Positions 35,201 through 44,784 of a stretch of DNA of 54,627 nucleotides are shown here, piece after piece (the stretch's first letter is position 1; every line of letters begins with the position of its first letter). The position numbers and the translations under genes are program-made. The stretch is from a virus. Lineage: Duplodnaviria > Caudoviricetes. The stretch is from positions 1 through 54,627 of the IMG/VR virus record IMGVR_UViG_3300027741_000082; one strand, 5' to 3'. A model generated the notes under the pieces. That model had not been told where the DNA came from. It made no database searches and saw only the letters and a program-made list of their open reading frames with translations.

Positions 35201-37624
35201 CTGAAGAAGCAGGGTCGCACCATCGAAGCGGGGTACGATCAACGCTATCCCATGACTGCTCGCCTTTCGGCATATGCGGCAGCCCTTGCTCGCGACAACT
35301 CCCTTGCGATGGTGGAGACCATCCTTCACCACGGAGGTAAGATAGAATACGTAAAATCCGGAAATGAGGTGACGGACGGATACGTTCGCGTCAGCCGCGA
35401 TGGCGGAGGTCTTACCTTCCTTGGCGATCTGGTTCGTGCTGGCAAGCTCGAACGGTGGCGTGATTACGCCATGGCAAAACGCATCGAAGGCCTGACAGAT
35501 CGTGGTTTGAAAACCCCCATCACTCGGGCAGAAGCGCAGACCATCATCAACGAGTACGGTAAAGACGCTGATATCACCAAGGCGTATGAGGCCTATCAGG
35601 AACACAACCGCAACATGATCAATCTCGCTGTCGATACGGGTGTGATCACCAAAGAAGCGGGTGCGATGTTCTTAAAGAACAACGACTACTATCCATTCTA
35701 TCGTGAGATGGAAGAGGGCAAAGGTTTTTCGGGTCCTATCTTCACTGCTGGTATCGTCTCCCCTACCAAGATTGCTCAGGCGATGGGTGGTACAGAGCAC
35801 CTGAAGAACGATCCTGTCGAAGTGATCCTGAAGAACACGCACTTCTGGGCAAACGCTGCTGCAAAAAATGTTGCATCCAACAAGATGTATACGATGATGA
35901 AGACCTTGAAAGAAGCAACGGATCTTCCTGCCAAGGGCGGAGTGGTAAAACCCGGTGAGCTAGAGGGGGCAACCCGGATTGACGGTAAGGAACGTCGGTT
36001 TATCATCAAAGATCCGGGACTTGCTGCTGCCCTCGAATCAATGGGCGCAAGCCCTATGCCCAATTGGACCAAAGTACCCGGAGCGTTCACAAGTCTCTAC
36101 CGCGAACTTGTGACCCGTGATCCAACCTATATCCTCAAGAACCTTATGCGTGACCCGTTCTCCGCGATGGTCACCAGCGGCGTAAACTTCAACCCCTTCA
36201 AGGCTATCGGGAATTTCTTTAGGGCCTTGCGTAATCCAAAGGATATGGAGTCCTTGCTGGCCTTGCAGAACTTCGGGATCTTGGGCGGGTTCAAGTCGCT
36301 CCCCAATATGGACAGCGCAGAAAAACTTCTTGGCAGGGGCTTTGATCCCAAGTCTATCCAACAAGGCAGCGTCTTCGTTGTGCCGAACGCTAATACCTTA
36401 ACTGGTATAATCTCCAAATCGTGGAATGCCCTCGGTCGTATGTCCGAGGCTTCCGATGCGGCGACCCGTACCGCTATTTACGAAGAAGTCCTGAAGAAAA
36501 CGGGGAGCGAAGCCGAGGCTGCGTTCCGTGCACAGGAGGTAATGAACTTCCGCAAGCACGGCACAAGCCAAGGTATCCGTATCTTGAGCATGATGGTCCC
36601 CTTCGTCAACGGTCGCATCCAAGGTATCAGTGTCGCAGCGAGTGCGTTCAAAAAAGAAAACCTTCCATACACCATGATCCGCGGTGGAATGTTGTTCGGT
36701 GCTGCAATGGCCTTGCAAGCCCTAACCGCAGACGACAAGGATTACCAGCAGCTGCCGGACTACGTTCGTCAGGGGTCCTTGGTCCTTCCTTTGAAGACCC
36801 TTGGACTTGCCGACAAAGGGTTCCTTGCCATACCAAAGCCGTTCGAAATGGGCTTCATCTTTCAAACGATCCCGGAGATGTTGATCCAAGCGTATGGTCT
36901 TGACACTAAGGAAGACCGCGCTGTTCGCACGGTTCTTTTCAACTACATGGCACAGACCTTCGGTTTCAGTCCTTTTCCCTCTATCATTGCACCCTTCGCT
37001 GAGGTGTACTTCAACCGCTCCAGCATGACGGGCTTACCCATCATCACGCAGTCGATGGAGCATCTTCCTCCGGAGTTGCAGTACACTGCGGCAACCTCCG
37101 ACACGATCAAGAGCCTCGGACAGGTGACGGGTATCTCCCCCGCAAAGTTGGAGACCATCGTTAAAGGGTACGGCGGTCAGGTGATCACCACTCTGTTGGG
37201 TGTGGTCGACGGTATGTATCGCACAGCTTCTGGAAAGGGTGTGGAAAAGGATTTTACTCAGTACCAGCCTGTGTCCACGTTCATCAAAACCGAGAAGAAT
37301 ACCAATCCGCAGGGTGTCGCCGACATCTATCGGCTATCCGCTGAAATTCAGGGTCTGACCACCGGGTTCCAGAACTACATCAGCTACGGTATGGTGAAGG
37401 AAGCGCAGGAGCTAATGGAAAATAACCAAGGGTTGTTTGCAATCAAGCAGACAATCAACGGTTTGCGTAACCAACTTAATAACCTCAGCAAGCAAGAGCG
37501 TATGATGATGAACAGCGAGGGCATGTCCCAAGAAGCCCGTACGCAAGCCATCGATAGTTTGCGGGATGCCCGTCGCCAGATATCCACCATCATGCCTGAG
37601 CTCATCAAGTACACAGGGAAATAA
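32267..37624 (+). CDS. Large polyvalent internal virion protein (zincin-like HExxH domain, LPD38-like C-terminus)
   Basis: 1785 aa; FHEMSH..FQEWVAE; IPKPFEMG..PFAE..N.S.TG.PI..SP.KLE..GYGG. Confidence 0.75.
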   Translation: MPITLDEYRKAFPETANVSDEALANTLYQKYGGSSGMEKPDFLLALQGRGSRMSPLESGIANLKSSLGTTKAAVAQAVGADEAAGRYLKEAQDIESDVRARYQPEVRSYEDIDSPYKLGRYVYEKFGESAPQMGLQIAGAVAGGGIGGLAARGVLGSLAARTAAALGTEGAAIAGSTAAGLPAYTGSNLQRQMEEGTEFKDVSLARAGGAAAAQSALDTLSLATVFKAIPAPSLAGKTNIFTQAVIRGVESGATEALTETAQQALEIAQANPQKLFDFSPEVQKELKEAAVAGALLGGAMGGASGAIQAKFSPEPASPAPAAPPPTGTNPPPPPAPAPGTLPPPPAPGTLPPPPAPTPSPIPVPGPPPAPVVELAPKSFGSEDLTIPARQTTDPVTGRPVVSVFFPTEDVTANVEFQNDFDRALHLAGSTDVDPVTRQEYRDFLTYQGLTEDQIDDLHGKLEQHIRDKVMNADEGPMSFEEKPLSVDFSRTEASDVYNNLPMIAKTWGDLKTQGFTPTQINEEMSGEAAHKNSVMGPVPLDIQKETNVYFYGKELRGQWESAPPNKPDKKFQAKLEAMAPGITGVISGIFQRLIPGRDFHIYNFKTPVGENIMGSAGSTRYYKTARSEAGLPTRSGDVAIGLNLEKLAGKLKDYSTAPEFRKMKMVHTLFHEMSHPVTDLMLTNLTDAQFEEVMQQYYDTRNSVVARRFAMQSVFEKKLQAIGKQVWELDPSDIRDKALMDGLKTSAAKNYGATEKEFSDFIKDSTKNELGLVKNLTYQRDFQEWVAETGARWMAQEFMGRVPETFMQKFARDVFKNLQRLYYAIESALGVPYKPGAFERFMNDAFGKTNDVVFDKNLIESRLADPRNTKEYPNSIYYNRAATPASEGYVGLPEVQVVRRITSAASLNQLPPAGGLDPILDKLRKETKKPETGIKAFFRSIRDAYKNNSWRDLADDITEKVADNMIKVLRLDERYAEELKKQGRTIEAGYDQRYPMTARLSAYAAALARDNSLAMVETILHHGGKIEYVKSGNEVTDGYVRVSRDGGGLTFLGDLVRAGKLERWRDYAMAKRIEGLTDRGLKTPITRAEAQTIINEYGKDADITKAYEAYQEHNRNMINLAVDTGVITKEAGAMFLKNNDYYPFYREMEEGKGFSGPIFTAGIVSPTKIAQAMGGTEHLKNDPVEVILKNTHFWANAAAKNVASNKMYTMMKTLKEATDLPAKGGVVKPGELEGATRIDGKERRFIIKDPGLAAALESMGASPMPNWTKVPGAFTSLYRELVTRDPTYILKNLMRDPFSAMVTSGVNFNPFKAIGNFFRALRNPKDMESLLALQNFGILGGFKSLPNMDSAEKLLGRGFDPKSIQQGSVFVVPNANTLTGIISKSWNALGRMSEASDAATRTAIYEEVLKKTGSEAEAAFRAQEVMNFRKHGTSQGIRILSMMVPFVNGRIQGISVAASAFKKENLPYTMIRGGMLFGAAMALQALTADDKDYQQLPDYVRQGSLVLPLKTLGLADKGFLAIPKPFEMGFIFQTIPEMLIQAYGLDTKEDRAVRTVLFNYMAQTFGFSPFPSIIAPFAEVYFNRSSMTGLPIITQSMEHLPPELQYTAATSDTIKSLGQVTGISPAKLETIVKGYGGQVITTLLGVVDGMYRTASGKGVEKDFTQYQPVSTFIKTEKNTNPQGVADIYRLSAEIQGLTTGFQNYISYGMVKEAQELMENNQGLFAIKQTINGLRNQLNNLSKQERMMMNSEGMSQEARTQAIDSLRDARRQISTIMPELIKYTGK

Positions 37625-37625
37625 A

Positions 37626-38219
37626 ATGAATTTCATCGGATTAGCAAAGCCATCATCCCTCTCCGACATTGAAGCTATCGCTGCGGAGATTGGCGTTCCA
37701 ACCGCCGCATTCCGTGCGGTGATTCAGGTGGAAGCAGGAGGCAAGGGGTATGATAAGTCGAACCGCCCCAAGGCTTTGTTCGAGCGTCACCACTTCTACA
37801 AGCACCTGAAGGACACGCCGGAGAAACTTGAGGTCGCCGTCAGCGAGGGGCTGGCCTATCCAAAGTGGGGTACAACCCCGTATCCAAAAGGCAGCGACGC
37901 TGTCTATGAGGAAATCCGTCGGGCCTGTGATATTGAGGAGGAAGCCGCCTTGCTGTCTACGTCGTGGGGCCTTCCGCAGATCATGGGTTCCAACTACAAG
38001 ATGGCGGGATGTTCTTCGGTCCATGAGCTGGTCGAGCAGTCGATGGAGTCCGAGGCAAATCAGCTGCGGCAGATGGCGAACTTCCTGAAGTCCGCTGGCC
38101 TTGCCGACGATCTGGCAGAATTAAATTGGGCCGCTGTTGCCCGTGGGTACAACGGCCCTCAATATGCAGTAAACAAGTACGACGAAAAGCTGGCAGCAGC
38201 TTACGAAACTTTCGCCTAA
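37626..38219 (+). CDS. Endolysin, N-acetylmuramidase (DUF3380-like)
   Basis: AV..VEA.G..LFERH.F..STSWG.PQIMG.N..W...ARGYNG..Y; start moved to MNFIG. Confidence 0.88.
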   Translation: MNFIGLAKPSSLSDIEAIAAEIGVPTAAFRAVIQVEAGGKGYDKSNRPKALFERHHFYKHLKDTPEKLEVAVSEGLAYPKWGTTPYPKGSDAVYEEIRRACDIEEEAALLSTSWGLPQIMGSNYKMAGCSSVHELVEQSMESEANQLRQMANFLKSAGLADDLAELNWAAVARGYNGPQYAVNKYDEKLAAAYETFA

Positions 38220-39661
38220 ATCAGCCAGTCCTTGTATCCTTCGTTCAGTACCTCCGTAGCAATGTTGATCTTGTTACGGAGGGCTAGAAGGATCTTCTCG
38301 TCGACCGTCCCCTCGGTGACGATGTCAATGTAGGTCACATTGTTCTTCTGACCTATGCGGTGAGCGCGGTCCTCGGACTGGAGCCGTACCTCTAAGTCAT
38401 AGTTATTTGAGAAGTAGATCACGGTCGAGGCTTCCGTGAGCGTAAGTCCGTAGCCACCTGTCCTTGGTTGACCGATAAAGAACCGCAGGGGGTGATTCGG
38501 ATCTTGGAAGTCCATCACCATCTGTTGGCGGTCCTCTGTCTTTGTCTCACCAAAGTAGATACCGCAGCTATTCGGTCCGTAAATTTCAGACAGCTTCTTC
38601 TCGATTAGCTTCAGGTCGTAGACGTAGTTGGCCCAAATGATGACCTTGCCGTCGACCTCCTCCAGTGCAGCTTCCAACTCATCAAACTTGTTGGAGTGCA
38701 TCTCGGTGACTGTCCCATCGTCCGCCTTAAAATAGCCGGAACAAATCTGTTGCAAGCGGATGATCTGAGTTAAAACGTTCTGAGCCGTGGCTTGCTTGTC
38801 ATTTAACTCTGCCACCGCCATCTTCTTCATGCGGTAGTACAGCACGGCTTGTTCGTCCGTTAGCTCTACGTTACGACGTGTGTACACTTTCTCAGGAAGG
38901 TCTAGGCATTCAGACTTTAGGATCCGGAAAGAAAAATTGTCTAGCTTCTCAGACAATTCGGAGAGGTTTTGATAGCCCACTACCTGATTGAAGGAGTGCG
39001 ATCCAACGTTGCGGCGGACCATGCGGGCATAGCGAGACTGGAATGTATAGAAAGAGGAATGCCCTAACAGCCAAGGATCAAGGAACTCGCACTGTGTGTA
39101 CAAGTCCATGGGGCTTTTGGTAATCGGTGACCCCGTCATGATTCTCTTATAGGCTGCGAGCATTCCAGCCCTAATGCAGTTCTTTGTGCGCTTGGCCTTG
39201 CCGTTCTTGATCGTCGTGCTTTCGTCCACTGCCATTAGGACTGGACGCTTCTTCAGGAAATCAATCGCAAATTGGGTCCCTCGTGATGAGGAAAACGCTT
39301 CGATATTCATCACGACGATTTTAAAGTTGTCATCCTCAACAAGAGCCAGCTTGAGACGCTCCTCTTGTTTCTTGGTTTGAGAGGGTGACCATACGATTAT
39401 GTCGTGCAAGATATGGTCGGGAAGGTGTTTGGGGATTTCGATCCTCTCCCAGTTCTTGTACACACCCTTGGGTGCGATAATGAGGAGGCCTGTTATGCTG
39501 CCTTTGTCATAGAGAATAGCGGCGTTGTCAATCAGGATTTTTGACTTGCCTGTTCCCATCTCGGCGAACAGCGCAAACTCTGGTTGGTTCCACGATTTAT
39601 TCAAGGCATCCTGTTGATGCTTGTACGGGGGGAGCTTAAACTTGTAACGTTGAATGTCCAT
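38216..39661 (-). CDS. SNF2-family helicase
   Basis: EMGTGKS, VDES, MTGSP, GGYGLTL, QSEDRAHRIGQ; start moved to MDIQRY after AGAAAGG. Confidence 0.92.
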   Translation of the reverse strand: MDIQRYKFKLPPYKHQQDALNKSWNQPEFALFAEMGTGKSKILIDNAAILYDKGSITGLLIIAPKGVYKNWERIEIPKHLPDHILHDIIVWSPSQTKKQEERLKLALVEDDNFKIVVMNIEAFSSSRGTQFAIDFLKKRPVLMAVDESTTIKNGKAKRTKNCIRAGMLAAYKRIMTGSPITKSPMDLYTQCEFLDPWLLGHSSFYTFQSRYARMVRRNVGSHSFNQVVGYQNLSELSEKLDNFSFRILKSECLDLPEKVYTRRNVELTDEQAVLYYRMKKMAVAELNDKQATAQNVLTQIIRLQQICSGYFKADDGTVTEMHSNKFDELEAALEEVDGKVIIWANYVYDLKLIEKKLSEIYGPNSCGIYFGETKTEDRQQMVMDFQDPNHPLRFFIGQPRTGGYGLTLTEASTVIYFSNNYDLEVRLQSEDRAHRIGQKNNVTYIDIVTEGTVDEKILLALRNKINIATEVLNEGYKDWLI

Positions 39662-39725
39662 GGTATTGCCCTTTCTGGTTGGCACTGCTAGAAATAAACA
39701 ATGTAAAAAATATTTCAACCCCTCC

Positions 39726-39754
39726 TTGACAATCTTTTTTCGCTGACCCATTTT
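39726..39754 (+). promoter_or_regulatory. Promoter of the replication operon
   Basis: TTGACA-N17-CATTTT in the AT-rich divergent gap. Confidence 0.55.
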
Positions 39755-39778
39755 AGGAAGGCACAACGGGAGAAAGCC

Positions 39779-40105
39779 GTGACAGTCTACATAACGCAAG
39801 AGATCCGTGGGCGTGACTTATCAGACGCTCTGGAATTTGGTGAGCTTGAGATTCTGGTTCCCGCTAAGGAACAGGTCTCACTCTCGTCAATGCCGACCGT
39901 CCGCAGGATGGAACGCAAACTCAGCAAGTTTACCGACGAAGATTATTTGGTGCTGGCGGGTGACCCTGTCTGCATAGGTATTGCTTGCGCTGTCGCAGCC
40001 TTGAACAACAACGGACGATACAAAGTCTTGAAGTGGGACAGGCTTGATGAGCGGTACTATCCTTTAGACGTAGACGTTTACCACAACCAGAGGAAAGAAA
40101 GATGA
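39779..40105 (+). CDS. Hypothetical replication-module protein
   Basis: GGGAG RBS; DYLVLAGDP..LKWDR. Confidence 0.75.
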   Translation: MTVYITQEIRGRDLSDALEFGELEILVPAKEQVSLSSMPTVRRMERKLSKFTDEDYLVLAGDPVCIGIACAVAALNNNGRYKVLKWDRLDERYYPLDVDVYHNQRKER

Positions 40106-40650
40106 ACCTCGAAGACATTGCGAATGAGTTGAGCACTGTGAAGGATGACGATCTTGGCAAGGTTGCCAATCTTGTCCGTCACCAGCTCAGTCTCGAACTG
40201 CAAGTGGCCCAGCTGGAAGAACAGCTGAAGCGCACCAAGCGCGAACTTGACGAAGTCTCCGGACAACACCTTCCGGAAGCACTGCAAGAGTACGGCCTGT
40301 CCGAACTGACCATGGCTGATGGTTCCAAGATCTCGGTGCAGACCGTCATCTCGGCATCGATTAGCAAGGAGCGTCAGCCGGATGCCCACGACTGGTTGCG
40401 TGACCATGGTCATGGCGACCTGATTAAGAACACCGTGTCCGTTACCTTTGGTCGCGGGCAGGATGATGCTGCTAAGGATGTTGTCCGTGTGCTTCAGTCA
40501 AACGGTCTTGATCCTGAGCAGAAAGAAGCTGTTCACCCAAGCACACTCAAGGCTTTCGTGAAGGAGCAAATCGAGAAGGGAAGCGAAATTCCTTCCGAGA
40601 CGTTTGGAATTTTCATTGGTCAAAAGACCGTCATCAAGAAAGGTAAGTAA
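40102..40650 (+). CDS. Replication-module protein (coiled coil, VHPSTLKAFVKE motif)
   Basis: WLRDHGHGDLIKN..VHPSTLKAFVKE. Confidence 0.75.
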   Translation: MNLEDIANELSTVKDDDLGKVANLVRHQLSLELQVAQLEEQLKRTKRELDEVSGQHLPEALQEYGLSELTMADGSKISVQTVISASISKERQPDAHDWLRDHGHGDLIKNTVSVTFGRGQDDAAKDVVRVLQSNGLDPEQKEAVHPSTLKAFVKEQIEKGSEIPSETFGIFIGQKTVIKKGK

Positions 40651-40651
40651 G

Positions 40652-41464
40652 ATGAGCAAGTCAACCGCAGTTGCCACTAAGGCCCCCACCTCTGTCGCAC
40701 TCACACTGGCAGACATGGACCTTGAGTCCTTTGCCAACATGGGCATGGAGGAAATGACAGCGGACGATCTTTCCGTTCCGTACCTCCGCATCCTTGCACA
40801 GTTGTCACCACAGGTGAACAAGCGCGATGGTGCATATGTGCAGGGTGCTGAAGCGGGCATGATCTTCAACACTGTGTCCAACGAAGTCTACGACGGTGAG
40901 GAGGGCATCCTTGTTGTTCCGTGCTACTACAACCGCCGTCTGGTTGAGTGGAAGCCCCGTGCTTCCGGTGGTGGGTTGGTCGCCAGCTATGACGGCAACC
41001 ACTACATCAAGGACACCACGCAGAAGAACGACCGCTACGAGGACGTGCTTCCGAACGGTAATATCCTGAGCGACACCGCCCAGTTCTTTGTCCTGCTGGT
41101 TCATCCGACGCGGGGTCCTCAGCGTTGCCTGATCACCATGACCAGCACCCAGCTGAAGAAAGCAAAGACTTGGAATACTACCCTTCAAAACATGAAGGCT
41201 ATGGGGGAGAAAGGTATGTATACCCTTCCGTCCTTTGCCAGCATCTTCCGTCTTCGCTCCGTCGAAGAGCGCAACGATAAGGGATCGTGGTTTGGTTGGT
41301 CCATTTCGCATGAGCGTTTCGTTGACTGGAAGGGCCAAGACATTCACCTGTTTGCGATGGGTCGTGACTTTGCGGTGTCCGTCCGTGCGGGTGACGTGAA
41401 GGTTAAGGATGAGCATGAGGATGGCTCTGCTCGCAATATCGATGCGTCCGAAGACATTATGTAA
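40652..41464 (+). CDS. Putative ssDNA-binding / recombination protein
   Basis: P.L.IL..LSPQ, EWKPR, NDKGSWFGW, acidic C-tail; start moved to MSKSTA. Confidence 0.55.
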   Translation: MSKSTAVATKAPTSVALTLADMDLESFANMGMEEMTADDLSVPYLRILAQLSPQVNKRDGAYVQGAEAGMIFNTVSNEVYDGEEGILVVPCYYNRRLVEWKPRASGGGLVASYDGNHYIKDTTQKNDRYEDVLPNGNILSDTAQFFVLLVHPTRGPQRCLITMTSTQLKKAKTWNTTLQNMKAMGEKGMYTLPSFASIFRLRSVEERNDKGSWFGWSISHERFVDWKGQDIHLFAMGRDFAVSVRAGDVKVKDEHEDGSARNIDASEDIM

Positions 41465-41485
41465 TCGCCCATTGATCTGAAATAC

Positions 41486-41519
41486 GGAGAGCTGGAACAG
41501 CAATTTCAGCTCTCCTTTT
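41486..41519 (+). terminator. Intra-operon terminator or attenuator
   Basis: GGAGAGCTG..CAGCTCTCC followed by TTTT before the primase. Confidence 0.7.
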
Positions 41520-41534
41520 GTCGGAGTAGAAAGT

Positions 41535-43061
41535 ATGGGCGTTGCAGAAAGATTTTTTGAACTGTTTGCTGGGAACGATAGAGCCCACGGCACGTTCAAT
41601 GTACAGAACAACAGAGCCACTGACGGTAAGAAGACGGGACAGGCGCGAGTGTTACGCGAACCTCCGTCCGTTGACCTTTGGCAAAAGCATTTAGATGGCG
41701 CGAGCGGGTTGGGTATCATCCCCATCAAGGACACCAACACGTGTCACTGGGGCGCAATCGATATCGACACGTACAATCTTGATCACTCGGCCCTGATCAA
41801 ACAGGTCCTGAAGCATAAGCTTCCGGGGGTTGTCTGCCGCAGCAAGTCTGGCGGTGCACACTTGTTCTTTTTCCTGACGGAAGAGGTTCCGGCCTCTGAG
41901 CTACAGCCCAAGCTCGTCAGCCTTGCTGCCCTCTTGGGATTTGCTGGGTCCGAAGTTTTCCCCAAGCAGCAGCAGATCCTTGCTGATCGCGGGGACACGG
42001 GCAACTTCTTGAACATGCCATACTTCTCCGGTAGCCTGACCACACGGTACGGTTACAACAATGATGGAGAGACGCTTGGTCCAGAAGAGTTCCTCGACTT
42101 TGCCGAAGGTAGGAAGGTAACCCCAGATGCCTTCCTTGGAATCGAAACTAGCCATAAAAAAGCTGAAGAAATCCTCCCGAAAGGACCGCCCTGCCTCCAG
42201 CACTTGGCGGCACAAGGCTTTGGCGAAGGGGGCCGCAATAACGCCCTCTTCAACCTTGGGGTCTATGCGAGGATGTCCAACCCAGACAATTGGCAGAAGG
42301 TAATTGAGGAGTACAACCAAAAGTTTATGAAGCCACCCTTGGGTAATAAAGAGGTGGAAACAATTACCCAACAGCTGGAGCGCAAAGAATATTTCTACAA
42401 GTGCGATGACCAGCCAATCGCCAGCTTCTGTAACAAGGAGCTGTGCATCACCCGCAAGTTTGGTATTGGTCCGGGACAGAAATCAAATGACCTCGGGTCT
42501 TTGACCAAGATCAACGGTGACCCACCCATCTGGATCTTGGATGTCGATGGGCAGCGGGTGGAGTTAAGCACCGATTCGCTCGTGTCGCAGATGCAGTTCC
42601 AGAAGGACTGCCTATCGCAGATTAACCTGTTCCCTAAAACGATGAGCACCAAAGCATGGCAGGGCCGGATGCAAGTCCTCCTTTCACAGCTGACCATCGT
42701 CGAGGTTCCACCGGAAGCTACCCGCAAGGGCGAGTTCGAAGACCACCTGACCAGCTTCTGTTGCGACCGTGCCCGTGGGACAGATAGAGAAGACGTGCTG
42801 CAAGGCATCTCTGTTTGGTCCGAGGGTAGGGTATTCTTCCAAGTGAAAGACCTGAAGCGATACCTGACAAACAACCAGTTCAACCACTACAGCGCAGTGC
42901 ACATTGGTCTACGGTTACGTGAGTTCGGAGCGGACAAAATGTTTTGGAACGTCAAAGGAAAGGGCGTTCATGTGTGGGGGATCAGGCAAGACTTCTTCTC
43001 CCACTTCGCTCCGGTGTCCTTGGACCTTCCCCCAATCCATGTCGAGAAAGATATCATGTGA
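41535..43061 (+). CDS. AEP-superfamily primase with PriCT-like domain
   Basis: WGAIDID, RSKSGGAH, FPKQ, GPPC..GGRNNALF. Confidence 0.85.
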   Translation: MGVAERFFELFAGNDRAHGTFNVQNNRATDGKKTGQARVLREPPSVDLWQKHLDGASGLGIIPIKDTNTCHWGAIDIDTYNLDHSALIKQVLKHKLPGVVCRSKSGGAHLFFFLTEEVPASELQPKLVSLAALLGFAGSEVFPKQQQILADRGDTGNFLNMPYFSGSLTTRYGYNNDGETLGPEEFLDFAEGRKVTPDAFLGIETSHKKAEEILPKGPPCLQHLAAQGFGEGGRNNALFNLGVYARMSNPDNWQKVIEEYNQKFMKPPLGNKEVETITQQLERKEYFYKCDDQPIASFCNKELCITRKFGIGPGQKSNDLGSLTKINGDPPIWILDVDGQRVELSTDSLVSQMQFQKDCLSQINLFPKTMSTKAWQGRMQVLLSQLTIVEVPPEATRKGEFEDHLTSFCCDRARGTDREDVLQGISVWSEGRVFFQVKDLKRYLTNNQFNHYSAVHIGLRLREFGADKMFWNVKGKGVHVWGIRQDFFSHFAPVSLDLPPIHVEKDIM

Positions 43062-44572
43062 TGCATATTATTTTGGGCCCTCCCGGAACGGGAAAAACAA
43101 CACGACTACTGACCCTTGTTGAAGAGAGCTTGGCTAAAGGCGTTGCTCCGGACAAGATTGGGTACTTCTCTTTCACACGGCGGGCTGCACAGGAAGCAGT
43201 CCTTCGTGCGACGGTTAAGTTCCGGAAGTCATATCGGGATCTCCTTTACTTCCGTACGCTGCATAGCCTTGCCCTGCTCCGCACGGGGATCAAGAAGCAG
43301 AAGATCATGAGCTACGATCACTACATGGACTGTGCCAAGTGGTTGAGCATCGACCCATTCTCGGAGCTTACCATGCTGGAGGAGGGGCCGTATCAAGATT
43401 TTGGTTTCCGCGACAAGTTCCTTGGTATCATCAACATGGCGCGGATTACCCGCACACCCCTGTACGATATCTACAAGTACTCCTCCGTGCCCAATACCAC
43501 GGACTGGAGCAAGGTGGATTATGTCAACCGAGGGTTGACACAGTACAAGAAGTCACACGGTCTATACGACTTCACGGATCTGCTCGAAGAGTTCATTACC
43601 TATGACCTTTCCCCTGAGTTTGATGTCGTGTTCATCGACGAGGCGCAGGACCTATCGCCAATCCAGTGGGAGATGGTGCACCAGATAGCCCGCAAGAGCG
43701 GTCAGGTTTACGTGGCTGGCGATGATGATCAGGCAATCTATCGGTGGGCCGGAGCGGATGTCGATCAGTTCATTCGGCTTGGCGGTTCCGTCGAGGTCCT
43801 CGGTCAGAGCTACCGCATCCCCCGCACTCATCACGCCATGAGCCAGAAGGTGATCCAAGGTGTGCATCACCGACGCATTAAGGAGTTCAAGCCTCGTGAT
43901 GAAGAGGGCTTGGTTGCGTGGCACTGGTCAGAGGAAGAAGTCAATCTAGACAAGGACGATTGGTTGCTGCTGTCCCGCACCAAGAAAGGGGCACGTCAGT
44001 TGGAGCAAAGCGTCCGACAGCGGGGTCTGTTCTACTCATACAACAACAGCCGTGATGTGAACCACTCCGCACTGGATGCGATCCGTGTGTGGGAAGATCT
44101 GCGTAGTGGCAAAGCCTTCACTGCAAAAGATGTCCGCATGGTTTACCGTTTCATGATGCTGAACGAACAGGTAATGCGGGGGCATAAAACATTACCCTCC
44201 GTGGACGAGGAGAAACTCCTGACCCTGCAAGAGTTGAGAGAGCATCATGGCCTAATGACTGACGAGCCATGGGAAGATGCGCTCTCGGTAATTCCGGATG
44301 AGGAGGCTCGGTACTACAAGGCTTGCATCCGGCGGGGCGAAGACTTCACCAAGCCCCCGCGCATCCGCATCTCAACCATACATACTGCGAAGGGGGCCGA
44401 GGCAACCAACGTAATCCTGATGACAGACGTCCCAAAGAAGTCTAATAATACAATGGCAAACAGTTTGCATACGGACGATGACGAGCTCCGTGTGTTCTAT
44501 GTCGGTCTAACGCGGGCCAAGAAAGAGCTGCACTTGATCCACCCGCAGAAGAATGGGAAGCGTATCATATGA
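43061..44572 (+). CDS. uvrD: UvrD/Rep-like SF1 helicase
   Basis: GPPGTGKT, DEAQD, GDDDQAIY, TIHTAKGAEA, YVGLTRAK; start moved to MHIILG. Confidence 0.9.
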   Translation: MHIILGPPGTGKTTRLLTLVEESLAKGVAPDKIGYFSFTRRAAQEAVLRATVKFRKSYRDLLYFRTLHSLALLRTGIKKQKIMSYDHYMDCAKWLSIDPFSELTMLEEGPYQDFGFRDKFLGIINMARITRTPLYDIYKYSSVPNTTDWSKVDYVNRGLTQYKKSHGLYDFTDLLEEFITYDLSPEFDVVFIDEAQDLSPIQWEMVHQIARKSGQVYVAGDDDQAIYRWAGADVDQFIRLGGSVEVLGQSYRIPRTHHAMSQKVIQGVHHRRIKEFKPRDEEGLVAWHWSEEEVNLDKDDWLLLSRTKKGARQLEQSVRQRGLFYSYNNSRDVNHSALDAIRVWEDLRSGKAFTAKDVRMVYRFMMLNEQVMRGHKTLPSVDEEKLLTLQELREHHGLMTDEPWEDALSVIPDEEARYYKACIRRGEDFTKPPRIRISTIHTAKGAEATNVILMTDVPKKSNNTMANSLHTDDDELRVFYVGLTRAKKELHLIHPQKNGKRII

Positions 44573-44784
44573 ACATGGACCGAGAGATCCTTGCCGTGTG
44601 TGAGTGCGGCAAGGAAGAAAAAGTTTTGACACTGAGAAAAGTCAAAAGCTACTGGCCCATTTGTGCATGCCGTTTAGCGATGAGGATTAAGAATGTCGAC
44701 TCCGTATCAGTACGAGCACAAGACCGAATGGGTGATGCCGGACAGCTACCCGAATTTATCCGACGCTCACGAGATAGCGATTGA
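44569..44784 (+). CDS. Small CxC..CxC protein
   Basis: ATGA overlap with uvrD; CECG..CAC; overlaps the polA start. Confidence 0.55.
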   Translation: MNMDREILAVCECGKEEKVLTLRKVKSYWPICACRLAMRIKNVDSVSVRAQDRMGDAGQLPEFIRRSRDSD

